A stretch of 64,000 nt of DNA from Patescibacteria group bacterium (GCA_038062295.1 JBBTXL010000008.1:1430-65429); one strand, 5' to 3'; shown: positions 46,473 through 57,959, counted from the stretch's first letter. Notes: generated by a model from the letters alone, not told the origin. A program made the numbers and translations.

Positions 46473-46552
46473 ACCGCATATTGCGAAAAAAAGAAAGATG
46501 TGGTATTTTGAAGCTATTGGTATGGCACAAACTTTCTAACAGGAGGTGTGTC

Positions 46553-46753
46553 ATGGGGCAGGTTCATGATAAGAAGAAAAGCGGCAGCACACAGGGAGGC
46601 GGAGGGTCTGTTCCTGCCGCAAACCCCGAGGTTACTGCCAAGGGGAAAAAGCTCAAGGAGGATGTGAATAATCTCCTTGACGAGATTGATGATGTTCTTG
46701 AAGAGAACGCCGAAGAGTTCGTCAAGAACTATATTCAGAAAGGGGGAGAATGA
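46553..46753 (+). CDS. pup: prokaryotic ubiquitin-like protein Pup (GGE C-terminus); longer ORF from 46481 probably not used
   Basis: C-terminal LLDEIDDVLEENAEEFVKNYIQKGGE matches Pup consensus; N-terminal Gly/Ser-rich disordered region; RBS AGGAGG 6 nt upstream. Confidence 0.7.
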   Translation: MGQVHDKKKSGSTQGGGGSVPAANPEVTAKGKKLKEDVNNLLDEIDDVLEENAEEFVKNYIQKGGE

Positions 46754-46946
46754 ACTTTATTTGCACACTGTGAAAGGCGGTACCAATTCTATTTCGGTAT
46801 CCGCCTTTTCTTTTTGTTTTGGGGGGTCTTGACTTTTATTTTCAGTGTGCTATACTGCCTCAGTAAGTAGGGGTGTTCCATCTTTCGTATTTTCGTAAGA
46901 GAAAACAGGTCGTCCTACTGGTTATTTATTTAACGTTATAGTTTGT

Positions 46947-47249
46947 ATGGCAAAAAGATTGTTTGTGGGCGGTATCTCATGGGGTACTACCCAGGACGTC
47001 CTGAAGGATACATTCTCGCAGGCGGGCACCGTGGTATCGGCGACGATCATCACGGACAAGATCTCGGGTCGCTCCAAAGGTTTCGGATTCGTTGAAATGT
47101 CAACGGATGAGGAAGCCGATGCAGCGGTTGCGATGCTCAACGGCAAAGAAATTGACGGGCGCGCCATTGTGGTGAATGAAGCCCGGCCGATGGAAAGCCG
47201 TCCGCCGCGCAGAGATTTCGGTGGCGGTGACCGCCGTCCGAGATACTAA
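46947..47249 (+). CDS. RRM-type RNA-binding protein with Gly/Arg-rich tail
   Basis: RNP-2 LFVGGISW and RNP-1 KGFGFVEM. Confidence 0.85.
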   Translation: MAKRLFVGGISWGTTQDVLKDTFSQAGTVVSATIITDKISGRSKGFGFVEMSTDEEADAAVAMLNGKEIDGRAIVVNEARPMESRPPRRDFGGGDRRPRY

Positions 47250-47312
47250 TCTCGCATTCAGGAAAACCAGCCGCGTTCGCGCGGCTGGTTTTAGTTTTGG
47301 TATACTACCCCT

Positions 47313-47540
47313 ATGAGAATTACAGTGAAAGCCAAGCCCAATGCGCGCGCGGAATCTGTCGTGAAAAAAGACGGTATGTTTCATGTCGCCGTGAAGGCGC
47401 CGGCAACGGAAGGGAAGGCGAACATCGCTGTTGCCCGCGCGCTCGCGAACTATTTTGATATTGCGCCTTCGCGCATCCGCCTTATTTCTGGCGCGCGGAG
47501 GAAGGTGAAGGTGTTTGAGTTATCCACAGCCCCCCTTTGA
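47313..47540 (+). CDS. DUF167/YggU-family protein
   Basis: ITVKAKPNARAESV...VAVKAPATEGKANIAVARALANYF. Confidence 0.65.
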   Translation: MRITVKAKPNARAESVVKKDGMFHVAVKAPATEGKANIAVARALANYFDIAPSRIRLISGARRKVKVFELSTAPL

Positions 47541-47584
47541 CAAAAAACCGCCGGGGGAGTACACTCAAAAAACGTTCAAATTTT

Positions 47585-47860
47585 CTTGCTCTTTTTATAA
47601 GTTTATAAAGATGGGTCTTGGTGCTAGCGAAGTACGATTCTCCTAATCGGGAAAAGTCTCCTCAGTTCTTGCAGAGCTGTGACCATTCCCTTGGGGTAAC
47701 TCAAGGAAACGTGTTGTCAGTTCTCACAGAATTGATGTACCTAATGTGTCTTCGGACACTTTAGGGAAAGCGAAACCAAAGCCCTGTTAAAGAAGTCCGG
47801 GTTAGACGAAATCGATAATATCGATTAGTCTACCCGGCTTTTTTACTTTTATACACATAT
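47585..47860 (+). ncRNA. candidate structured RNA / long leader ending in strong terminator (unidentified)
   Basis: 340-nt non-coding gap; GTGTC-TTCG-GACAC tetraloop hairpin at 47746..47759; long terminator hairpin with internal ATCGAT palindrome. Confidence 0.2.
47796..47845 (+). terminator. rho-independent terminator
   Basis: GTCCGGGTtAGAC-loop-GTCTACCCGGC followed by TTTTTT. Confidence 0.55.
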
Positions 47861-47881
47861 GGAACATGCTACGATACATCC

Positions 47882-48298
47882 ATGTGGATTCTCTATGCAT
47901 TATTATCGGCGGTGTTTGCGGCGGGAGTTGCCGTACTGGGCAAGATCGGTTTGAGCCATGTTGACTCAACGCTTGCAACCACGGTGCGCGCCGTCGTGAT
48001 GGCGGTGTTTCTCGTTATCGTATCTATTGCGCTGGGGAAAAGCGGATTGCTTTCGTCTATTAACAGTAAGGCGTTCGCGTTTATCGTCGCATCGGGCATT
48101 GCCGGCGCGCTCTCATGGCTGTTCTACTTTTTTGCGCTTGCGCATGGCCCCGCGTCGGCTGTTGCCGCGCTGGATAGATTGAGTGTGGTGTTCGTGCTCG
48201 TGCTTGCCATTCTCTTTTTAGGCGAGCAGTTGACGTTGAAAACGGGCGCGGGTGCGCTTTTGATAACCATCGGCGCCATACTCATGGCGTTTCGATAA
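47882..48298 (+). CDS. EamA-like (DMT superfamily) small 4-TM transporter
   Basis: four TM helices; GEQLTLKTGAGALLITIGAILMAF typical EamA C-terminus. Confidence 0.7.
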   Translation: MWILYALLSAVFAAGVAVLGKIGLSHVDSTLATTVRAVVMAVFLVIVSIALGKSGLLSSINSKAFAFIVASGIAGALSWLFYFFALAHGPASAVAALDRLSVVFVLVLAILFLGEQLTLKTGAGALLITIGAILMAFR

Positions 48299-48888
48299 TG
48301 AAGCGTCCTTCACCTTCGTTTTTTGCCCGACCGACACTTTTGGTCGCGCGCGGTTTGCTGGGGAAATATCTCGTGGTAAAACACGGCCGCCGTGCTGTGG
48401 CAGGAAAAATAGTGGAAACGGAAGCGTATATCGGGGAGGATGACCTGGCCTGTCACGCCTCACGCGGGAGAACCCATCGGACAGAAACGTTGTATGCCGC
48501 GCCGGGCACCGTGTATGTGTATCTTATTTATGGGATGTATTGCTGTCTGAACTTTGTGACGGAGAAAAAGGATTTTCCCGCCGCCGTACTTATCCGCGCC
48601 GTGGAGCCCTTCGACGTTACTCAGGGTAAACCCTTCGGTGATAGTCAGGGCATGCCGCCCCTCACGAATGGTCCCGGTAAATTATGCAAAGCGTTCGGCA
48701 TTGGCCGAAGTATGAACGGGGAGAGTATTTCAGGAACCAAGCTTTGGATAGAAGATAGGGGAGTGCGCATTGCGCGCAAGGATATCATTGCCGCGCCCCG
48801 CATCGGGGTTGACTACGCCGGCCATTCCCGGCACCACCCCTGGCGGTTTTACGTAAGGGGAAGTAGCTTCGTTTCCCGCAATCGCTAA
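48298..48888 (+). CDS. mpg: DNA-3-methyladenine glycosylase (Mpg/AAG family)
   Basis: VETEAYIGEDDLACHASRGRTHRTETLYAAPGTVYVYLIYGMYCCLNFVTE...AVLIRAVEP. Confidence 0.8.
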   Translation: MKRPSPSFFARPTLLVARGLLGKYLVVKHGRRAVAGKIVETEAYIGEDDLACHASRGRTHRTETLYAAPGTVYVYLIYGMYCCLNFVTEKKDFPAAVLIRAVEPFDVTQGKPFGDSQGMPPLTNGPGKLCKAFGIGRSMNGESISGTKLWIEDRGVRIARKDIIAAPRIGVDYAGHSRHHPWRFYVRGSSFVSRNR

Positions 48889-48959
48889 CAATAAAATCCC
48901 GTTTTTCAAATTGTACATGAAAAACCCTATAGTGCATTTCGTATACGATTTATGGTAGT

Positions 48960-49526
48960 ATGTCTGATATGCGTGGGAAACGGTTGGGGCCGATGGCACA
49001 AAAAATATTACTGCTTTTGGAGGCGGGGGTTGTTTTGGGTTTGACGAGCAGACCAGACCAGTATTTTCGCGTACTCAAGCAAACAAGCGCGGCGTGGCGC
49101 ATCATCAACAAAGAAAGTCTTCACCGGGGGATTAAGCGTCTTCATCACTCCCAATTGGTTATTTGTGAGAGAAAGGGCGACGGGACGGTGCTTCTCTCGA
49201 TCAGCAACCTTGGGACAAAGAAGACGCTTCAATATCATGTGCGTGACATGAAACTCCCAAGAGTTGTCCGGTGGGATGGCTCATGGCGTATCGTGATTTT
49301 TGATATTCCGGAGAAGCTTAAGCAGGGGAGAAGGGCGTTTTCCGAAAAACTGCGAGAACTCGGTTTTTATGCGCTTCAGAAGAGTGTTTTTGTTTTTCCG
49401 TATCCTTGCAAGAAAGAGATGGACATTCTTGTTGAGTATTTTGAATTGCAGCCGTATGTTAGGCTCATTGAGGCACAGAAAATAGACAATGCATCATATT
49501 TGAAACGGCATTTCAAGATCACCTAA
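48960..49526 (+). CDS. PaaX-family-like transcriptional regulator (wHTH plus PaaX_C domain)
   Basis: WDGSWRIVIFDIPEKLKQGRRAFSEKLRELGFYALQKSVFVFP matches PaaX C-domain pattern. Confidence 0.5.
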   Translation: MSDMRGKRLGPMAQKILLLLEAGVVLGLTSRPDQYFRVLKQTSAAWRIINKESLHRGIKRLHHSQLVICERKGDGTVLLSISNLGTKKTLQYHVRDMKLPRVVRWDGSWRIVIFDIPEKLKQGRRAFSEKLRELGFYALQKSVFVFPYPCKKEMDILVEYFELQPYVRLIEAQKIDNASYLKRHFKIT

Positions 49527-49607
49527 TTGTATATGAATTACACTATAGTGTAGTTCGTGTACAATTGGTGGTGCGGGAGAATTGCGAAAAATCCTCTAAA
49601 ATGAAGA

Positions 49608-49645
49608 ACCTCTCTGTATTGCAGAGAGGTCTTTGTGTTTTTATC
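49608..49645 (+). terminator. rho-independent terminator after PaaX-like gene
   Basis: ACCTCTCTG-tattg-CAGAGAGGT then TCTTTGTGTTTTTAT. Confidence 0.5.
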
Positions 49646-49721
49646 GGATGCCCTGTAGCCGATCGAGGTTGCGGCGTATCATTTCGATATCCACCACGCC
49701 GGGTGGGCTGTGTTCCATTTC

Positions 49722-49865
49722 TTACAGGATTCTGGCGCGTTCCCGCTCCCGCGCGCGGCGAGTGAGCTGTTCGGCTTTTGTATCAAGCCATTTCAGCCAT
49801 TTTTCGGGGAAAGTGAAGATGCAAACAACAAGTCCTACGATTTCCACCAACGTTAAAAGATCCAT
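49722..49865 (-). CDS. 47-aa small membrane protein (hand-found, below ORF-track cutoff)
   Basis: strong RBS AAAGGAGGTAACC-ATG; MDLLTLVEIVGLVVCIFTFPEKWLKWLDTKAEQLTRRAREREERARIL. Confidence 0.3.
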   Translation of the reverse strand: MDLLTLVEIVGLVVCIFTFPEKWLKWLDTKAEQLTRRARERERARIL

Positions 49866-49955
49866 GGTTACCTCCTTTGGCGGCGTTTCGGTATACCAAG
49901 AGCGTACCGTGGTTTTGCTGTTTTATCAAGAATTTATTTGTGATACACTGGATGC

Positions 49956-51107
49956 ATGTTAAAGCTCATCCATACGGCGGACGTGCATATCGGCGTGAAA
50001 TTCGGGGCGTTCGGGAAGCGCGCCGAGGAACAGCGCAAAGCGCTCCGCGATGCTCTCGCAAAGATAGCCGACCGTGCCGTGTCGGAGCGGGCGCAACTGC
50101 TGCTGATCGCGGGCGACCTGTTTGACTCAAATTTTCCTTCATACGACTCCGTCGGGTTTGTGAAAACGCAATTTAAAAAGCTCAATGACGCGGGAGTGTA
50201 TGTTGCCATTGTGCCCGGCACGCATGACTGTTTGAGCGGCGACTCCATTTACAAGCGCGAGCATTTCGCGGCGCAGTTTCCACGCGTGCATGTATTCGAT
50301 GATCCGGCGATAACAACAAAAGAATTTCCGGATATTGATACGACGGTATACGCAAAAGCGAACGTATCCAACAAGTCTTCCGAGAGCCCCGTGGCATTCC
50401 TTGCGAGCGCGGTGAAAAGCGCAGCAACAAAGTATACAGTGGCGATGGCGCATGGGTCGGTGCAGATAGAAGGGAAGTCCGCGCGCGACGATATGCCGAT
50501 AGAACCAAAGGATATTGAGCGCTCGGGCGTTCAGTACCTGGCGCTTGGGCACTGGCACGGGTGCCAGGATTTTTCCGCCAAGGGCGTTGTGGCATGGTAC
50601 TCCGGTTCTCCCGAAGTTACCTATCAGGAAGGGAAGGGCGGTATCGGACAGGGGTATGCGTTGTCGGTGGAAATTACGGAGGACGGCGGCGCACAGGTGA
50701 CGCCGCTGAAAATATCGCAAAAAGAAGTCGCAGAGATCCGTCTGGATATGCAGGTGACAGAAACCATGGAGCAGGCATATTTCGAACTGGAGCAGCGCGC
50801 CAGCCCAAACCGCATCGCCGTCGTGACGTTCGCCGGTGTAGCGCCCGCAGGCGTTTTTATAGACCCCGAAAAAATAGAGCGCGACTTTGCCGACGCGTTT
50901 TTCAGCATTACGGTCAGCGACGAAACGGTGTCGGCGGAGGAAGAGATCACCGAGCTCAACTACCCCGAGGAGCTGGTGATCGGCCAGTTCGTACGCATCA
51001 TGCAACAGCGCATCACAAACGCGAAAGACCCTGCGGAACGCCAACGGATGACCGAGGCGCTTCACCTGGGCGTTGCGGAACTGGAAGGGAAAAATATTCT
51101 GGGGTAA
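49956..51107 (+). CDS. sbcD: DNA repair exonuclease SbcD/Mre11 (calcineurin-like phosphoesterase)
   Basis: LIHTADVHIG; LLLIAGDLFD; GHWHG. Confidence 0.85.
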   Translation: MLKLIHTADVHIGVKFGAFGKRAEEQRKALRDALAKIADRAVSERAQLLLIAGDLFDSNFPSYDSVGFVKTQFKKLNDAGVYVAIVPGTHDCLSGDSIYKREHFAAQFPRVHVFDDPAITTKEFPDIDTTVYAKANVSNKSSESPVAFLASAVKSAATKYTVAMAHGSVQIEGKSARDDMPIEPKDIERSGVQYLALGHWHGCQDFSAKGVVAWYSGSPEVTYQEGKGGIGQGYALSVEITEDGGAQVTPLKISQKEVAEIRLDMQVTETMEQAYFELEQRASPNRIAVVTFAGVAPAGVFIDPEKIERDFADAFFSITVSDETVSAEEEITELNYPEELVIGQFVRIMQQRITNAKDPAERQRMTEALHLGVAELEGKNILG

Positions 51108-51112
51108 AGAGC

Positions 51113-53191
51113 ATGTTCATTACTTCTATTTCACTCCATAATTTTAAAAAATTCGCGTCATTTTCCGCGAAGTTCACGGGTGATTTCACCGTGGTGAAGG
51201 GACCGAACGAGCAGGGGAAATCAACGCTGCTTTTCGCGTTGTTGGCCGGGTTGTTCTACGACCCCAAAAAAAGCAATAAGGATATTCTGGCGCTCAAATC
51301 GTGGCAGTCGGACCGGATGTACGATATTACGCTCGAGTTCGAGCATAACGGCGAACAGTACGCGCTCGTAAAGAATTTTGAGACAAAAGAGGGTTCGCTG
51401 GAAAACCTGACGACCAAAGAACGGTGGATGACGCATGGCGATGTGGCCAAGCAGTTGTTTGCGCTGGGCGCGCTTCGTTCGCTGGCGTTATTCGAGCGTA
51501 CGGCGTGCGTGCGGCATGATGCGTTGGCGGGTGTTGCGGAGGGAAAAAAGGAAATATCGCGGACGCTCGAAGAGCTGATGACCGCATCGGGCGAGCATGT
51601 GAGCGCGGACAAAGTGATCGCGACGATCGACAACGAACTGACCGCGCTGCAAAAAGGCATGCGGGGAACCGCAAAAACACCCGGTCTTCTCGTACAACTC
51701 GAAACGGAGATCGCGGAACTCGCCGCCAAGCGCCAGGCCATTGAGGAAGAGCTTTCGCGCGCCTCGGCTGCCGCGGCGCACTATGCCGAGCGCGACCGGG
51801 TGCATGGGGCCGTTGCGGCAAAATGTGCCGCCGTACGCGGTCAGCACGAACGCAATGCCGTATATTTCAAAACAACCGAAGAACTGAAACAGCTGACGAC
51901 GCAGTTTGATACGCTGAATGCCGATGTGCTTGTCGTCCAGGATGTTGCCGCAAAAAAAGAGTATATCACGCGCGAATTGGAGCATCTGCGCATCCTGCCC
52001 TCGGTGGACATGAACGCTCTGTATGCGCTCCGCGAACAGCTGGCCGTCAGAAAAGAAAAGCTCGCATACGCGACGGCGGAAAAAAAGGAAATGAGCACGG
52101 GGCATCGCATGCGGCTCGCGCATATCAAACCGGTGCACGCGGCGGTTTCCCTGGTGCTGTTGGGAGCGGGGCTTCTGGGATTTTTTGACCCGCGATTGTT
52201 TATCTTTCTGGGTTTGTTTGTTATTGCCGCGTCGTACAGTTTCATTCTGCGCAAAGGCATTACGGTGCATACTCGCGCCGCGGTGGATACGGATGCGGAG
52301 CGCCTGGAGCACGAGATCGCGGTCATGGAGAAACAGCTGGCGCAGACGTTTGCCGTATACGGCGTTACGAACGAAAAGGAGCTGTTGGAAAAGGTGAAAA
52401 AGTATAACGCGCTCGGGCAGGAGCACGCAAAACTGGAGAGCAAGGAGGAGGGAATCCTGCGCGGAAAAACGCTCGCGGCGCTCATTCAGGAAAAGAACGA
52501 GTGCGCGCGCCGCGTTGCTGTTGCGGAGTCAACAATTTCTGCCGAGGAGCGCGTGCATCCCCCCGCTCCTGGAGACCAGCGGATGCTGGAAGTTTCTCTG
52601 CGGGCGCTTGAACAGGAGGCGGCGCAGGGTGAAAAAGAGCTGCGCGATGCCGGTGCCGCCCTTGCGGCGCGCGCCAGCCGCGAGGATTTTGCGCGGTGCG
52701 AGGAGGCACTCGAGATGAAACGCCGGAGCAAGGAAAACGCCGAACGCAAGCTCGCGACGCTCATGGAGCTCAAAGATGCGCTTGCGGAGGCGCAGAAAAA
52801 GACCATTGCGGCGTCCCGTGCGCAGATAGAGTCGTACCTGGAAAAATATCTTGCCGCCGTGACCGACGGACGCTACCGGCGGGTGCGGGTGAACGATGAC
52901 CTGTCGTTCGTGGTGTGGTCCGATGAAAAAAACGACATGATCGTGCCCGAGGACCACTTGTCCCGCGGCACCATCGACCAGTTTTATCTGATCGCACGGC
53001 TCGCCGTGTTGTCACTGCTCAACAAGGGTACAAAGTCGCTGTTGCCGTTGGACGACCCGTTTCATGCGTTCGATGCCGTTCGCAGGGAACGGGCGCGCAG
53101 GATCCTCACGGATGCGACAAGCGCGTTCCAGGTTATTTTATTCACCCACTCGTCCGATTACGACACATGGGGTAATGTTATTGAAATATGA
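51113..53191 (+). CDS. sbcC: SbcC/Rad50-like ATPase (short form); start set at MFITSISLHNFKK, 5 nt after sbcD stop
   Basis: Walker A GPNEQGKST; long coiled-coil; C-terminal LLPLDDPFHAFD Walker B/D-loop; ORF-track N-terminal extension 50561.. is antisense/overlap artefact. Confidence 0.8.
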   Translation: MFITSISLHNFKKFASFSAKFTGDFTVVKGPNEQGKSTLLFALLAGLFYDPKKSNKDILALKSWQSDRMYDITLEFEHNGEQYALVKNFETKEGSLENLTTKERWMTHGDVAKQLFALGALRSLALFERTACVRHDALAGVAEGKKEISRTLEELMTASGEHVSADKVIATIDNELTALQKGMRGTAKTPGLLVQLETEIAELAAKRQAIEEELSRASAAAAHYAERDRVHGAVAAKCAAVRGQHERNAVYFKTTEELKQLTTQFDTLNADVLVVQDVAAKKEYITRELEHLRILPSVDMNALYALREQLAVRKEKLAYATAEKKEMSTGHRMRLAHIKPVHAAVSLVLLGAGLLGFFDPRLFIFLGLFVIAASYSFILRKGITVHTRAAVDTDAERLEHEIAVMEKQLAQTFAVYGVTNEKELLEKVKKYNALGQEHAKLESKEEGILRGKTLAALIQEKNECARRVAVAESTISAEERVHPPAPGDQRMLEVSLRALEQEAAQGEKELRDAGAALAARASREDFARCEEALEMKRRSKENAERKLATLMELKDALAEAQKKTIAASRAQIESYLEKYLAAVTDGRYRRVRVNDDLSFVVWSDEKNDMIVPEDHLSRGTIDQFYLIARLAVLSLLNKGTKSLLPLDDPFHAFDAVRRERARRILTDATSAFQVILFTHSSDYDTWGNVIEI

Positions 53192-53583
53192 AGCGCGCAG
53201 CAGGCCGCATTGCGGCGGTGTGGGGGAATATCCGTGACTCGTATGATTTTCTGTTCGACGGATATATTCTTTCCATGATCGGCGCGACCGGTGCACTTCA
53301 CCTTGGGCTGTGGTACTACCTTAACACGAACGCGGGTCCTCCCGAAGCGTTCATTCCATTGCACTTTACCTATGCGTTCGGCGTTGACCTGATCGGCCGC
53401 GCCGCAGAAATGTATTATGTCGCATATTGGGCGATCGCATTCTCCATCGTGAACATTCTGTGCGCCCGATTCGCATACCGGTACGATATTCTGGCGGCAT
53501 ACTTTCTTGCTTCCGCTCTGCCGCTCGTTCATGGTATAATGCTTTTTGAAAGCATATTGGTTATGAATGCAGGCGTCGTATAA
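53188..53583 (+). CDS. hypothetical small membrane protein
   Basis: ORF track; TM helices; overlaps sbcC stop (ATGA). Confidence 0.45.
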   Translation: MKRAAGRIAAVWGNIRDSYDFLFDGYILSMIGATGALHLGLWYYLNTNAGPPEAFIPLHFTYAFGVDLIGRAAEMYYVAYWAIAFSIVNILCARFAYRYDILAAYFLASALPLVHGIMLFESILVMNAGVV

Positions 53584-55862
53584 TGCCACAGTCTCTCAAT
53601 ACTATTCTCTTTGCTCTTATTTTTATGGTGTGTGTCGGGCTGGTTGCCGGATACTTTTTTGTCACGCGCACTGGGGAACAGCCACCCGGACAGACGACGC
53701 AGCAACAGCCCCCGGCGTCGCTCACGGAAGCGCTTGCCAAAAGTGGCCTGAAAAAATTTGCGAGCGTGGATGAGGTCAAGGCGTTTCTGAAAGAACACAA
53801 CCAGGACATCCAGTATGGTTTTGGTGGTGAACGGCAGGCGCTGGGGATGGGAGCGGTCAAGCAGGATGTTTCTGCCGGCGCGCCTCTTTCGAGCGCGGGG
53901 ATCGGTTCGGCTCCCACAGCGCGCCCCGAAAGCGGCGGGGGAGGTAGCGACGATTTTTCACGCACCAACATCCAAGTGGAAGGCGTGGATGAAGCCGATA
54001 TTGTAAAAACCGACGGGAAATATGCTTACGCGATCTCCGGCGTCTCCGTGTTCATCATTGACGCGTATCCCGCGGAGCAGGCCAACATCGTCGGGCGCAT
54101 TGAACTGCCGTCGCCCGCGACCAATCTTTATATTAACGGCGACCGGCTTGCGGTGTACGGCTATGACCAGCAGTTTGTCATCCAGGAGGAACGCATGATG
54201 CTGTATCCGGAGATCTGGCCGCGGCCGTATAACCAATTCACGTTTTTCAAGGTGTACGATATTTCCGACAAAGCAAACCCGCGCCAGGTACGCGACATGA
54301 GCTTTGAAGGATATTTCAACGACTCGCGCATGGTGGGAGACTTTGTATATTTCATCACCACGAAGCAGCAGTACGGGTATGACGATACGGTGGTGCCGTT
54401 GCCGGTGATAATGCAAAACGGCGCGCCGCTCCCATTTGCAAAAGATGTGTACTATTTTGACATGCCGTACCGTTCGCAGAGCTTCGTGACAGTTGCTGCC
54501 ATCAACACGCAGGACAAGGACGCACCCATCACAAGCGAAGTGTACCTGATGGATGCCGGGCAGAACGTGTATATGTCCGAGAGTAATCTGTATATCGTAT
54601 CCACGCGGTATGTGGACGAATATCAGCTGGCGATGGATGTGACCAAAGAGGTGGTAACGCCGCGGCTTGGCGCGAAAGAGCGGGATACGATCGCAAAGAT
54701 ACAAGCAACCGATGTTGCCGTACTCACGCAATGGGAGAAAGAGCAGAAGATCATGAACGTGTTCCAGCGTTTCGTGATAGGGCTTACGGAATCCGAACGG
54801 ATGACGCTTGAAAAAGAAACGGAAAATAAGCTCAAAGAGCGTTACGCGGCCATCGCCAAAGAGCTTGAAAAGACGGTCATTCATAGGATCGCCGTGAGTA
54901 ACGGCATACTTTCACATACGGCGGTGGGTGAAGTGCCCGGCCATGTGCTCAATCAGTTTTCCATGGACGAGCACGATGGATATTTCCGTATTGCCACCAC
55001 CAAGAGCCGCAACTGGGCGCCCTACATTGAAGAGTCGCAGCGCGAACCGTACAGTAATCTATATGTGCTTGATGGCTCATTGAAGGTAGTTGGAAAACTG
55101 GAAGAACTTGCGCCCGGCGAACGCATTTATTCGGCACGGTTCATGCAGGCGCGCGCGTACCTGGTGACGTTCCAGCAGACCGATCCGCTGTTTGTTATTG
55201 ACGTGAGCGATCCGGCTGCGCCTAAGGTATTAGGCGAACTCAAAATTCCCGGGTTTTCAAACTATTTGCACCCGTACGACGACACGACGCTTATCGGCAT
55301 CGGCAGGGATACGGAAGCGCGTCCCGACGGGGGAGTCATCACCAAGGGGCTAAAGATCTCGCTGTTTGACGTGGCGAATGTTGCGCAGCCGTCCGAGGTG
55401 GCAAGCTACAAAACAGGCGGGCAGTGGAGCAGCTCCTTGGCGGAGTATGACCACAAGGCATTCTTGTTTTCCAAAGATAAAAATTTGCTGGTTATTCCCG
55501 CAACGCTTGCCGAGGAAAACAACAACAACCCGTTCATCGGTGCGCTGGTGTTTGATATCGGCAAAACTTCACTCGCGCTCAAAGGGAGGGTGGCACACCC
55601 GCAAAAGCAGACCGACGGATACTCATACGAAGAGGCCATCACGCGCAGTTTCTATATTGAAAATGGGCTGTACACGCTTTCCAATGCGATGCTTGGCATC
55701 AATAATCTTGCCGACCTCACGCTCATAAAAAATATCTCCTTCCCGCAACAAGTACAGACCGGCAGTAGCGGGGGCGGGTCTGTGCCGCCAGGCAAGCCCA
55801 TCCCGCTCATGATGCCCGGGGTCACCGAACCCTCATTTGAGCCATCCCTCCTGATGGAGTAG
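53583..55862 (+). CDS. membrane-anchored/secreted large beta-propeller-domain protein
   Basis: N-terminal TM; Gln/Pro linker; long beta-rich domain; C-terminal Ser/Gly/Pro tail. Confidence 0.65.
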   Translation: MPQSLNTILFALIFMVCVGLVAGYFFVTRTGEQPPGQTTQQQPPASLTEALAKSGLKKFASVDEVKAFLKEHNQDIQYGFGGERQALGMGAVKQDVSAGAPLSSAGIGSAPTARPESGGGGSDDFSRTNIQVEGVDEADIVKTDGKYAYAISGVSVFIIDAYPAEQANIVGRIELPSPATNLYINGDRLAVYGYDQQFVIQEERMMLYPEIWPRPYNQFTFFKVYDISDKANPRQVRDMSFEGYFNDSRMVGDFVYFITTKQQYGYDDTVVPLPVIMQNGAPLPFAKDVYYFDMPYRSQSFVTVAAINTQDKDAPITSEVYLMDAGQNVYMSESNLYIVSTRYVDEYQLAMDVTKEVVTPRLGAKERDTIAKIQATDVAVLTQWEKEQKIMNVFQRFVIGLTESERMTLEKETENKLKERYAAIAKELEKTVIHRIAVSNGILSHTAVGEVPGHVLNQFSMDEHDGYFRIATTKSRNWAPYIEESQREPYSNLYVLDGSLKVVGKLEELAPGERIYSARFMQARAYLVTFQQTDPLFVIDVSDPAAPKVLGELKIPGFSNYLHPYDDTTLIGIGRDTEARPDGGVITKGLKISLFDVANVAQPSEVASYKTGGQWSSSLAEYDHKAFLFSKDKNLLVIPATLAEENNNNPFIGALVFDIGKTSLALKGRVAHPQKQTDGYSYEEAITRSFYIENGLYTLSNAMLGINNLADLTLIKNISFPQQVQTGSSGGGSVPPGKPIPLMMPGVTEPSFEPSLLME

Positions 55863-55866
55863 GGTA

Positions 55867-55895
55867 TTGACATCATTGCCGCTCGCCTATACTAT
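55867..55895 (+). promoter_or_regulatory. candidate sigma-70 promoter of groESL (TTGACA-N17-TACTAT)
   Basis: ggTATTGACAtcattgccgctcgcctaTACTATgg. Confidence 0.4.
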
Positions 55896-55898
55896 GGA

Positions 55899-55925
55899 TT
55901 AGCACTCGTAGCGTTACAGTGCTAA
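55899..55925 (+). promoter_or_regulatory. CIRCE element (HrcA operator) upstream of groES
   Basis: TTAGCACTC-gtagcgtta-CAGTGCTAA vs consensus TTAGCACTC-N9-GAGTGCTAA. Confidence 0.75.
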
Positions 55926-55959
55926 TTTTAATTTTATAAATCATTAACTTTTTATTAGT

Positions 55960-57899
<1,940 letters not shown>

Positions 57900-57922
57900 G
57901 AGCACCAAAAACTTTTTTAAAC

Positions 57923-57955
57923 AAAACCCTTTCCGTCGGAGGGTTTTGTTTTTTA
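57923..57955 (+). terminator. rho-independent terminator after groEL
   Basis: AAAACCCTTTCCGtcGGAGGGTTTTGTTTTTT. Confidence 0.6.
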
Positions 57956-57959
57956 TGAT

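Noticed and set aside
47790-47845. Possible RNase P RNA P4-like strands (AGAAGUCCGGG ... ACCCGGCUUUU)
   Set aside because: The two strands are only ~40 nt apart, and together they form a simple terminator hairpin followed by U6. No other RNase P conserved regions are recognisable.
50561-51112. N-terminal 184-aa extension of the sbcC ORF (track 50561..53191)
   Set aside because: The extension overlaps sbcD in another frame and is Arg/Gly-rich nonsense. A clean start MFITSISLHNFKK at 51113 lies 5 nt after the sbcD stop, with the Walker A motif 30 aa in.
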